Origin: an uncultured Clostridia bacterium
Lineage (GTDB): Bacteria; Bacillota; Clostridia; TANB77; CAG-508
DNA length: 64,000 nucleotides
Assembly: GCA_944387435.1 (NCBI GenBank)
Contig: CALXEW010000002.1
Location: forward strand, 78,951-142,950
Reading direction: 5' to 3'
How positions within the stretch are numbered: position 1 is the stretch's first letter; every line of letters begins with the position of its first letter. Made by a program: the position numbers and the translations under genes. Positions 9,439-18,003 of the stretch are shown piece by piece. The notes beneath the pieces are model-generated. The model was not told the DNA's origin. It saw nothing but the letters and a program-made list of their open reading frames with translations, and searched no databases.

Positions 9439-11572
9439 ATGGGCCTAACAAACTCTTCTTGCGGTCTTCACTTACTTACAACTAAAAAAAATAATATAAA
9501 AAAAGATAAATGCTTCACAATAGCATTAGCTGGTAACCCCAATGTTGGAAAATCCACAACTTTTAATAGCTTAACTGGTATGCATCAACATACTGGTAAC
9601 TGGCCAGGTAAAACAGTTAGCAATGCTTCCCGGCCATTCTTACTACAAAAATAGAGATTTTCTATTTGTAGATATTCCAGGTACATATTCTATCATGTCT
9701 TGTTCTGAAGAAGAAGAAATTGCAAGAAACTACATATGCTTTGAAAAACCAGATGCTACAGTCATTGTTTTAGATGCTACATGTTTAGAAAGAAATTTGA
9801 ATCTAGTTTTTCAAATAATGGAAATTACTGATAATATAATTGTTTGTGTTAATTTATTAGATGAAGCTAAAAAGAAAAGAATCAAAATAGATTTAGATAA
9901 ATTGTCTAGTGAATTAGGTGTTCCTGTTGTTGGAACTATTGCAAGAAAGAAAAAAACTTTAAATAATTTATTAGATACAATTATGCAAATATGTGAAGGA
10001 AAAATTATTCCAACTCCAAAAAATGTTACATATCCTAATGAAATTGAAAATGCTATTTCTTTAATTTCAGAAAAGTTAAAAAATTATAAAGTAATTCCTA
10101 AAAAACTATTAAGATGGATTTCTTTAAAAGTTTTAGATGGAGAAGAAAAAATATTAAAGTCTATTGAAAAAGCTTTTAATATTTCTATTATAGATAATAC
10201 AGAATTAGAACTCGTAAAAGTAAAAGCTTTAAACACTTTGAAAAGTCAAGAAAATCTAAAAGACACCATTGTTTCTTCTATAATGAATAGAGCTGAAGAC
10301 ATTTGCAGAAATGTTTGTACATATGAAATGACTTCCTATTCTGGAAGAGATAGAAAAATAGATAAAATCTTAACATCTAAATATCTTGGCTTCCCTATTA
10401 TGCTTTTATTTTTAGGAATCATCTTTTGGATTACAATTGTTGGAGCAAACTATCCATCAGAAATTTTATTTTCATTTTTCACATGGATACAAGAAAAACT
10501 CGTCCTTTTTGCAAACTGGATTAATTGTCCTGCTTGGCTTTCTGATATGTTAATAAATGGTGTGTATCAGACTTTAACTTGGATTATATCTGTTATGCTC
10601 CCTCCTATGGCAATATTCTTTCCTCTTTTTACTTTCCTAGAGGATTTAGGATATCTTCCTAGAATTGCTTTTAATGTAGATGGTTTCTTTAAAAAATGTT
10701 CTTGTACTGGAAAGCAGATGATTACTATGTGTATGGGATTTGGTTGTAATGCTGCTGGTGTTACTGGTTGTAGAATAATTAATTCTCCTAGAGAAAAATT
10801 AATTGCAATACTTACTAATAACTTTGTTCCTTGTAATGGAAGATTTCCATTCCTAATATCAATTGCAACAATATTTATTGCAGGAACAATGCAAGGATTT
10901 GGAGCATCTATTATATCAACTCTTAGCGTTATATTAGTTATACTACTTGGAATATTTTGTGCATTACTTGTTTCTAAAATATTATCAAAAACTATACTTA
11001 AAGGCATACCGTCTTCATTTGTACTTGAACTTCCACCTTACAGAAAGCCTCAATTTGGTAAAATCCTTATTCGTTCAATATTTGACAGAACTTTATTTGT
11101 TTTAGGAAGAGCAATTAGTGTTGCTGCGCCTAGCGGTCTTGTTATTTGGCTTTTTGCAAGCATAGGAATTAATGATAAGAGTTTACTTTCAATTATTGCA
11201 AACTTCTTAGACCCATTTGCTAATCTTCTTGGGCTTGATGGATATATTTTAACAGCATTTATATTTGGTATCCCTGCTAATGAAATTGTTCTTCCGATTA
11301 TCTTAATGTGTTATCTTGGTGGAAATTCTTTAGTAAATATGGAAGATACATTTTCAATTGGTCAAATACTAATACAAAATGGTTGGACTATTCTTACAGC
11401 TATTAATGTTATGATATTTACTTGTATGCATTTTCCATGTGCCACCACTCTTCTTACAATAAAAAAAGAAACTGGTAGCCTTAAATGGACTATTATCAGT
11501 TTCATAATTCCCACAGTTTGTGGAATAATTCTTTGTATGCTTACTACTTTTGTTTATAATATCTTTGTCTAG
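9439..11572 (+). CDS. feoB: ferrous iron transporter B; needs a +1 frame change at in-frame CGG 9631-9633
   Basis: G-domain motifs GNPNVGKST and [11 protein letters not shown] lie in frame 0. From GGC 9632 the +1 frame gives [20 protein letters not shown], then the polytopic FeoB membrane domain. The ORF track splits it into 9439-9654 and 9623-11572. Confidence 0.85.
9631..9633 (+). other. in-frame CGG at frame change (TCC C GGC) in feoB
   Basis: Sequence gcttcccggccattc. Frame 0 stops 18 nt later. Confidence 0.8.
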
Positions 11573-11707
11573 TAGAAATACTAGACTTTTTTACTTTATA
11601 GAAAAACTTTACTGTTCGCTTGTTTTTTTCTTTTAAATATTGTAAAATAATGGCAACTTTAACAATTGAATTTTGTTAAAATATGTAAAAAATCAGGAGA
11701 GATAAAT

Positions 11708-12424
11708 ATGTTTAATATGTATATAGATGAATCTGGAAGTGTACATCCCACATCCAAAAATTTCAGCAGATATTTTATAATAGGAATAGTAATACCTAAA
11801 GAGCCATTAAAATTAAAAAAAGTTTACAAGACTTTTATCAGAAAAAATTTTAAAACTTTAAAAGAATTGGATACAGAAAATAAAATGTTCAATAATAATG
11901 GTAAATTTATAGAATTAAAAGGAAGTTCTATGAATAAGCCTATGAAACTAAATTTTATAGACTTTTTCTGTAGAAATAATTTATTTGAAGTAAGATATAT
12001 TATTTTAGATAATAATAATTTGGAAGAGCGATTTATTAGAAATAAGGCCAGAACTTTTAATTATTTATTAAAAATATTTTTAATAAATTCTATCAAGAAA
12101 AAATATATTCAAGATAAAGAGATATTTTTACAAATAGATGAGAGAAATGTCAAAACGGATTCTAAGTTTTCTTTAGAGGATTACCTAAATCAAGAATTAT
12201 TATTAAATGATAATTTATTAGACAATGTTTTAGTAAAATATTTCGACTCATCTCAAAATTGCTTTATACAAATTGCTGATGTATTTTCAAATATAATGTA
12301 TTCAAATTTAATTACAAAAGGTGCTTATAAAAAAGAATTAGCATTATTACAACAAAATAAATATATTTTACCTTCATTTATTTTTCCACAAAAGAAATTC
12401 AAAAATAGTATTAAAAAAATATAA
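11708..12424 (+). CDS. DUF3800-family protein
   Basis: AGGAGAG RBS before ATG 11708. MFNMYIDESGS start and C-terminal IQIADVFSN match the YIDESG...QxAD pattern of DUF3800. Confidence 0.65.
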   Translation: MFNMYIDESGSVHPTSKNFSRYFIIGIVIPKEPLKLKKVYKTFIRKNFKTLKELDTENKMFNNNGKFIELKGSSMNKPMKLNFIDFFCRNNLFEVRYIILDNNNLEERFIRNKARTFNYLLKIFLINSIKKKYIQDKEIFLQIDERNVKTDSKFSLEDYLNQELLLNDNLLDNVLVKYFDSSQNCFIQIADVFSNIMYSNLITKGAYKKELALLQQNKYILPSFIFPQKKFKNSIKKI

Positions 12425-12442
12425 TTTGCATATACTAAAAGA

Positions 12443-12531
12443 GAATTGATGTAACAGTAAATCTAAGTAAGATTCCATAATCTAGGTAAGTGCTTTTTTT
12501 AAGCATAATCTCTTAGTAATTACATCAATTC
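12443..12531 (+). ncRNA. structured RNA unit A downstream of the DUF3800 gene
   Basis: 12-bp closing stem GAATTGATGTAA/TTACATCAATTC encloses the core CCATAATCTAGGTAAGTGCT and hairpin TGCTT/AAGCA. Homologous to unit B with compensatory changes. Confidence 0.45.
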
Positions 12532-12569
12532 GACTTTTACATAAAATGTTAATTTTTTTAGAATTTTTC

Positions 12570-12598
12570 TTGACTTTAGAATTATAAAATGTTAAAAT
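12570..12598 (+). promoter_or_regulatory. promoter for RNA unit B
   Basis: TTGACT, 17-nt spacer, TAAAAT. Confidence 0.5.
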
Positions 12599-12604
12599 TA
12601 GGAT

Positions 12605-12718
12605 AGTTAAACAGTAAGTCCTTTCTGTATGCCATAATCGAGGTAAGTGCTATGTGTTAGCATCATACTTAAGGCAATTTAACTAATTATTATTTACCAC
12701 TTAAAGTGGTATTTTTTT
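12605..12718 (+). ncRNA. structured RNA unit B plus terminator
   Basis: Closing stem AGTTAAA/TTTAACT, core CCATAATCGAGGTAAGTGCT, hairpin TGCTA/TAGCA. Then TACCAC-loop-GTGGTA hairpin and T7 run. Confidence 0.5.
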
Positions 12719-12810
12719 GTTCGTCTAATAATCAAAAATGACAAACAAAGTTAAGACTAACTAGCTTGTAGTCGTAGAACAGATTCGCGGCCTGCTCTAT
12801 TTTTAACAAC

Positions 12811-12902
12811 AAAAAACACATCTCTGCAAGCCATTAGAGATGTGCTTTTAATTTTCAAAAACATTCTAGCGACACACCACAATTTGTAGTCGCTCATCTT
12901 CT
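12811..12902 (-). ncRNA. candidate small RNA of about 90 nt (unknown function)
   Basis: Lies downstream of a minus-strand TTGAAT-17-TATAAT promoter. Contains hairpin AGCGAC...GTCGCT and ends in terminator CACATCTCT-loop-AGAGATGTG + T6. Confidence 0.35.
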
Positions 12903-12908
12903 ATAATT

Positions 12909-12937
12909 ATTATACTTAAATAATAATAAAAATTCAA
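12909..12937 (-). promoter_or_regulatory. promoter of the candidate small RNA
   Basis: On the minus strand: TTGAAT (12937-12932), 17-nt spacer, TATAAT (12914-12909). Confidence 0.45.
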
Positions 12938-13101
12938 TATTTTCTTATCAATTTTTTGATGTCAGATTTGTGTTTTGCTCTACTTCTGTATTAGACATAT
13001 TTATTCATACCTTATCTATTTATATTCGTCAAATGGAAATATATCTTTTAATTTATTGACAAAAAAATATAAAAATGTAAAAATAATTTTGGTGATATAA
13101 A

Positions 13102-13566
13102 TTGATAGAAGAAATTAAATCTTATTTTAATATGATGCCTGAACTTTTACATAGTATTACAGGTATTGATATAGATATTTTACAAACTTCAACAAACATT
13201 GTATTTTATGGAATGTTTTATCTTTTTCTTATAGCAATAGTATTTAGAATTATAGCTCTATGTAAGCTTTTTTCAAAATGTAATAAAAAACCTTGGAAAG
13301 CTCTAATTCCTATATATAATTTAATACTACTTTATCAAATATCTGGCGTTTCACCATGGTTTATTTTGATTTATTTAATTTATCCTTTATCTTTTAATAT
13401 AGCATTCATTGTACAATTTCTATTTTCTACATATTTATATACAATGCTTGCTAAAAAATTTAACAAAGGTATTGGTTTTACAATTGGTTTGATTTTATTG
13501 CCTACCATATTTTTATTTATACTTGCGTTTGGAAAATCAAAATATACTAATGAAAATAAGATATAA
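13102..13566 (+). CDS. DUF5684-like small membrane protein
   Basis: KPWKALIPIYNLILLYQISGVSPWF motif and 4 TM segments. GGTGAT RBS, TTG start. Confidence 0.55.
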   Translation: MIEEIKSYFNMMPELLHSITGIDIDILQTSTNIVFYGMFYLFLIAIVFRIIALCKLFSKCNKKPWKALIPIYNLILLYQISGVSPWFILIYLIYPLSFNIAFIVQFLFSTYLYTMLAKKFNKGIGFTIGLILLPTIFLFILAFGKSKYTNENKI

Positions 13567-13631
13567 CTAATTTTTATAATTGCATCCATTTTATCCACTA
13601 TATTCATCTAAATTAGTTATATCTATATTTT

Positions 13632-13868
13632 CTATTTTTCACTATTAGTACTTATAACTGTAGTAAGATCATTAAAATTTTCATTTTCAACATTGGTATT
13701 ATCACTTAAATCTTCATGGTCACTATTGATTTTATTTGGCTGAATTGTAGTTTGAGTATTCATATTAATTGCATTATCATTTCCTACATTACGTCCTATG
13801 AAAAAACATACAACTCCAACTATTATAACTAATATGATTATTAATATTACTTTTAGATACTTGTTCAT
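13632..13868 (-). CDS. small membrane-anchored protein
   Basis: 78 aa, single N-terminal TM helix, Asn/Asp-rich tail. Confidence 0.4.
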   Translation of the reverse strand: MNKYLKVILIIILVIIVGVVCFFIGRNVGNDNAINMNTQTTIQPNKINSDHEDLSDNTNVENENFNDLTTVISTNSEK

Positions 13869-13957
13869 TTTTTCCTCCCTCCATAATTCTACTATTTACT
13901 ATTTATTTTTTATTTTTTGCATTAATTTTGTTACACTTTAGAAAATATCTTTTATTA

Positions 13958-14374
13958 CTATATCTCATTTTCATTTAATATTATCACTCTTGTCACTTTA
14001 ATAAGTTCAACTGGATAACGTTCCAAAACACCTCCTGTTGAAGTAATAGAAATTTTTTGACCTACTTTTAAATCTGATATTCCAACTTTATTTTCTCTCA
14101 ATAATATTTCCGTATCATCATCTATAGAAAACTCAAATTCTCCTCTATGATTCACATCATTATTCTCCAATCCTTTTACTAAAACAGATGTTACTCCATT
14201 ATACTCATTAATTTCTTCTATGCTTGCATAAAATATATCTTCATTATTTTTGCTTACAATGTTTGAATTTATAATATCGCTATTACTTTCCTTTGGCTTA
14301 ACAACTATTGCTATTATTACTACCATAACTATTACTACTAAGATAATAATTAGTCCTAAAACTTTTTTGTTCAT
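13958..14374 (-). CDS. membrane-anchored hypothetical protein
   Basis: GGAGGAG RBS 9 nt before ATG 14374. N-terminal TM anchor plus a beta-rich domain. Confidence 0.45.
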   Translation of the reverse strand: MNKKVLGLIIILVVIVMVVIIAIVVKPKESNSDIINSNIVSKNNEDIFYASIEEINEYNGVTSVLVKGLENNDVNHRGEFEFSIDDDTEILLRENKVGISDLKVGQKISITSTGGVLERYPVELIKVTRVIILNENEI

Positions 14375-14378
14375 TAAT

Positions 14379-15524
14379 TTATTCTCCTCCAAAGCTAAAT
14401 TTTGCTTGATTTCCTCCTATTATTTCTCCTGTTGTCCCATCTATAAAATATTTTTTACTCATATATCTTTTTACACTTTCTACATTAGATAATGTATTAT
14501 CTTTATTTTTAGGTTCTTTTTCATGTTCAATTTTTACTACCCATACATTTCTTATTCTATTTTCTGTCCTTACACTTGTTTGGTCTTCAATATTATTTTC
14601 TAGGCAATATACAAATTGATTCATTTTCTCTATACTCTTATTTGCAGTAATATTAATGATTGGTTCATTTGAAAACTCTTCTTCTTTTGCTTTAGCTATG
14701 TTTATAGCTTCTTCTTCAGATATTATATATTCATTGTTTTCAAAATTATTCTCCATTAAACCATTTACAGATTCTACTATAATATTTCCATTTAACTTTC
14801 CAAACGCGATTTGAAATTCATCATATCTATTATAGACTCCATTATAACTTCTTGAGTAAGATATTATCCATTCATTTCCATCTTTGTTCTCACAAGATTT
14901 TATTTCATAACTATCTACAGGATAACCTATTTTAGTTAATAAATCAATACATAGCTTCATAGCTTCTTCCTCAGATATTTTTTCAAGATTAGATTTAATT
15001 TCATCAAAGTCATTATTTAAGAAATATATAAATTCTCCTGTTTCACTATTAAAATTAATTGTTATTCCAATATTTTTATTACTATTTGGAATGCTATACT
15101 CATCTTCTGTATATACAGCATAATAACTATTTAAACTATCATCATAGCTTCTGTTTAAATCTATCTTTTTAATTTGTTTATCAGGGTATCCAAAATTTTT
15201 TAATATTTCTTCTGCTTTTTCTTTTATTTCATCTTCTGTTACCATCTTGCTTTTTTCTTCTTCACTTATTATAGCTGGCTTTTCTTGATTTACATCATAA
15301 CTTCTTGGCTCTTTCCATACTTTTTCATAAACTGTATATCCTGCAAAAGCAATACCTGTTGTTAATATAATCCCACCACAAGTTGCTAATACTACTCTTT
15401 TAAAATTATTTTTTAGTTCTTTCTTATCTTTATATAAAGCTGTTTTTATTGCTCTTTTGTAACTTTGAGGTGTATTTATTTCTTTAGTAAGAGTTTCATA
15501 AATAAAATTTTCATATGCTTCCAT
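14379..15524 (-). CDS. putative anti-sigma factor / membrane protein with extracytoplasmic domain
   Basis: Start lies 1 nt after the ECF sigma stop. Short cytoplasmic N-terminus, one TM helix, large external domain. Confidence 0.45.
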   Translation of the reverse strand: MEAYENFIYETLTKEINTPQSYKRAIKTALYKDKKELKNNFKRVVLATCGGIILTTGIAFAGYTVYEKVWKEPRSYDVNQEKPAIISEEEKSKMVTEDEIKEKAEEILKNFGYPDKQIKKIDLNRSYDDSLNSYYAVYTEDEYSIPNSNKNIGITINFNSETGEFIYFLNNDFDEIKSNLEKISEEEAMKLCIDLLTKIGYPVDSYEIKSCENKDGNEWIISYSRSYNGVYNRYDEFQIAFGKLNGNIIVESVNGLMENNFENNEYIISEEEAINIAKAKEEEFSNEPIINITANKSIEKMNQFVYCLENNIEDQTSVRTENRIRNVWVVKIEHEKEPKNKDNTLSNVESVKRYMSKKYFIDGTTGEIIGGNQAKFSFGGE

Positions 15525-15525
15525 T

Positions 15526-16047
15526 CTAAATCACTCCTTTCTCATAATTTTCTTTTATTTTCTTCCTTGCTCTAAAAAGATGAGTTCTTACAGTATTTTC
15601 GTTCATCTTTAGAATTTCTTTTATATCTTTTATTGAATATTGTTCCATATAATAAAGGATAATTACTATTCTTTCTTCATATTTTAATTGCTTTAGTAAT
15701 GAATAAAAATTTAAGTTATCTTCTATGTTTTTATAACTATTAGAGCCAATATATTTATCCAAATTATATTCATCTATTGAAACATCTTTTTTATATTTTT
15801 TCTTATAAATCCTATTACATTTATTAACTAATATAGTTATAATCCATTTCTTGAATTTTTGAGGCTCTTTTAATTTTCTTATGTTCTTATATGCCTCTAT
15901 CATTGTCTCTTGAACCGCATCATCAATATCAGCTTCATTACTTATTCTAGTTTTTGCAATTTTATATAAATCATTTTCAATATCTATAACCAAATTAGTA
16001 AATGCATCTTTATTCCCCTTCTTTGCTTCTTCAATTAACTCTTCCAT
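15526..16047 (-). CDS. ECF-type RNA polymerase sigma-70 family factor
   Basis: Region 2 (DDAVQETMIEAYKNIRKL, FKKWIITILVNKC) and region 4 (YSIKDIKEILKMNENTVRTHLFRARKKI). Confidence 0.8.
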   Translation of the reverse strand: MEELIEEAKKGNKDAFTNLVIDIENDLYKIAKTRISNEADIDDAVQETMIEAYKNIRKLKEPQKFKKWIITILVNKCNRIYKKKYKKDVSIDEYNLDKYIGSNSYKNIEDNLNFYSLLKQLKYEERIVIILYYMEQYSIKDIKEILKMNENTVRTHLFRARKKIKENYEKGVI

Positions 16048-16139
16048 ATTATCCTCCTATCATATATGTACATATTTGATATTCTATATATAAGAGTCCT
16101 ATAACACACATTATTGTTTCAAATCTATAAAAATAATTT

Positions 16140-16512
16140 ATGCCTTCTTTGCTGTTTCTTCTATTATATATGTTATTATTTGATAAACTTTCTAATGATG
16201 AAATTGATTTAGGACAAGAAAATTATGATATTGTAAGTAGTATAAACCTAGACTCTAATAGTGGTTTTAAAATTGATTTTAATAGAGGTTTGAATTATTA
16301 TATTAATAGCACTTATGAAATATCATATAATAAAATAATATGTACTTCTGAACTTAAAATTTATGTAATCAGTGATGCTTTTCTATCTACTCTAGATAAT
16401 TACATATTTGAAATTAACTAAAGTTCCGGAAGAGCATTTTAATCTAACTGTTGGAGAAATTTATTCATTTGATAATCAAAATAAACTAGGTGTTTTAATT
16501 TATGACACCTAG
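16140..16512 (+). pseudogene. possible disrupted ORF (two frames joined near TAA 16419-16421)
   Basis: 93-aa ORF ends at TAA. The +1 frame continues KVPEEHFNLTVGEIYSFDNQNKLGVLIYDT up to hairpin CTAGGTGT...ACACCTAG + T-run. No RBS seen. Confidence 0.25.
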
Positions 16513-16970
16513 TTTTTTTCATCTTGTCTATCAATTAAATCAATTCTATTAGATAAGTTCTTTCTTCCTGCATTTACTCCTAAAACTATAAATATTATTA
16601 CCACATCTATCACAACATAATACATTGCCTTACTATATCCATTTTGTTTTATATAATCTCTTAGAGTATCTAAATTATCATCATAAAGTTCCTTTTCTTC
16701 CCCTTTTTTATAATATAATGTAAATTCTAAATCATTAAAATTCATAAAAAATTGTATTTTCTTTAACTCTTTAATATCATATGTATCATCATAATCACTA
16801 CTTTCTTTTAACATTTGCTCTATTTCTAATCTATTATTATCATTTACATTTACTATTGTCTTACCTATCCCTCTAAAAATAAAATACACGCTAAAAACAA
16901 CACATATAATTCCTATAGAAATAATAATCATTAATAATAATTCTAAAACAACTAATCTATTCCTCTTCAT
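16509..16970 (-). CDS. hypothetical bitopic membrane protein
   Basis: N-terminal TM, acidic central domain, C-terminal TM. Same architecture as the upstream neighbour. Confidence 0.5.
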   Translation of the reverse strand: MKRNRLVVLELLLMIIISIGIICVVFSVYFIFRGIGKTIVNVNDNNRLEIEQMLKESSDYDDTYDIKELKKIQFFMNFNDLEFTLYYKKGEEKELYDDNLDTLRDYIKQNGYSKAMYYVVIDVVIIFIVLGVNAGRKNLSNRIDLIDRQDEKN

Positions 16971-17455
16971 CGTTCTTATTTTCCTTTTTATTCTTTTTTA
17001 TTTCTTTAATTAATATCCTTAAACATATAATTGGAAATACTATTTGAAATATTACAATTAAGAAAACTCCTAAAAGTATAAGTTCATCATAATTTTTTCC
17101 ATAATGAATTATATATTGCTCTAACTCACTTCTTTCTGTATCTGCTACATCTACTACTTTTTCTTCTTCATTTTCTATATATGTAATCTCATATTCACAA
17201 ATATCCCATGGTCTTTCATATTTTATTTTTATAATTTTAGTTTCTTTTGGAATATTAGCCCCTATTTCCTCTAATTCTTCTCTTATAAAAGAATTATTTA
17301 AGTTATTATTAATTTCATATTTACCGGGTATATTTAAATAATATTATGAGATCAGCCATTATAAGAAAAATAGATATTACTATACTTAAAATAAAACTAC
17401 TTTTATAAATATTTTTAATTTTCTGTTCAATATTCTTTCTCCTATAAATTATCAT
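16957..17455 (-). CDS. hypothetical membrane protein (about 165 aa); needs a +1 frame change at in-frame CGG (complement of 17324-17326)
   Basis: Frame 0 gives MIIYRRKNIEQKIKNIYKSSFILSIVISIFLIMADLIILFKYT, then CGG TAA. Skipping the C gives GKYEINNNLNNSFIREELEEIG...VFPIICLRILIKEIKKNKKENKNDEEE (122 more codons). Absent from the ORF track because it is split. The start codon is uncertain. Confidence 0.5.
17324..17326 (-). other. in-frame CGG at frame change (ACC C GGT); frame 0 reads CGG TAA
   Basis: Minus-strand sequence tatacccggtaaatatg. Confidence 0.7.
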
Positions 17456-17882
17456 TTTTTATATCATTTACAAACTTTTCTTTTATCTCTGGTGGTAATA
17501 GTAATAAATTTTCTATATCTTCTTTCTTTATAATTTCTGGTAGATAATCACCACTATCAACATGTTTAGGGTCGTGACTAAATTCTGGCCCATCACCTGT
17601 TCCAAATTCACCTTCTACATATTCACAAAGAAAAAAATATTCTTTTTGATTAAACTTTTTAGATTTCATCTCATATAATTTTTTTATAACTTTAACAGTA
17701 ATTCCAAACTCTTCTTTTATTTCTCTAATTACTCCTTCTTCTAAAGTTTCACCTTCCTCTAGTCCTCCTCCTGGGAAAGTATAATAATCCTGAATATCCT
17801 TTCTTTTCCTAACATTCTTTCTATGCATAAATGCATATCCACCATCTATTTTTATAATCCCCGCAACTCTTATTCTTTCCAT
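17442..17882 (-). CDS. NUDIX hydrolase
   Basis: Nudix box GGGLEEGETLEEGVIREIKEEFGI. Confidence 0.75.
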   Translation of the reverse strand: MERIRVAGIIKIDGGYAFMHRKNVRKRKDIQDYYTFPGGGLEEGETLEEGVIREIKEEFGITVKVIKKLYEMKSKKFNQKEYFFLCEYVEGEFGTGDGPEFSHDPKHVDSGDYLPEIIKKEDIENLLLLPPEIKEKFVNDIKNDNL

Positions 17883-18003
17883 CTTTTCCTCCTATTTTTT
17901 TATTATTCTATCACTTTTTTAAATTTTTTTATATATTTTGTAGTAATTTTTTTTATTAGTGGTATAATTTTAAAGTAAGATTTTTTACAAAGGAGATGGT
18001 ATT

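Noticed and set aside
12811-12902. 47-codon ORF (MSDYKLWCVARMF...) as a type I toxin
   Set aside because: It has a weak RBS and no hydrophobic TM segment, and the intrinsic terminator lies inside the ORF. A non-coding RNA is more likely.
17883-18003. M-box (Mg2+) riboswitch upstream of mgtA
   Set aside because: The spacer is only about 120 nt and almost pure A/T, with an extended -10 promoter. There is no room and no sequence for the M-box fold of about 160 nt.
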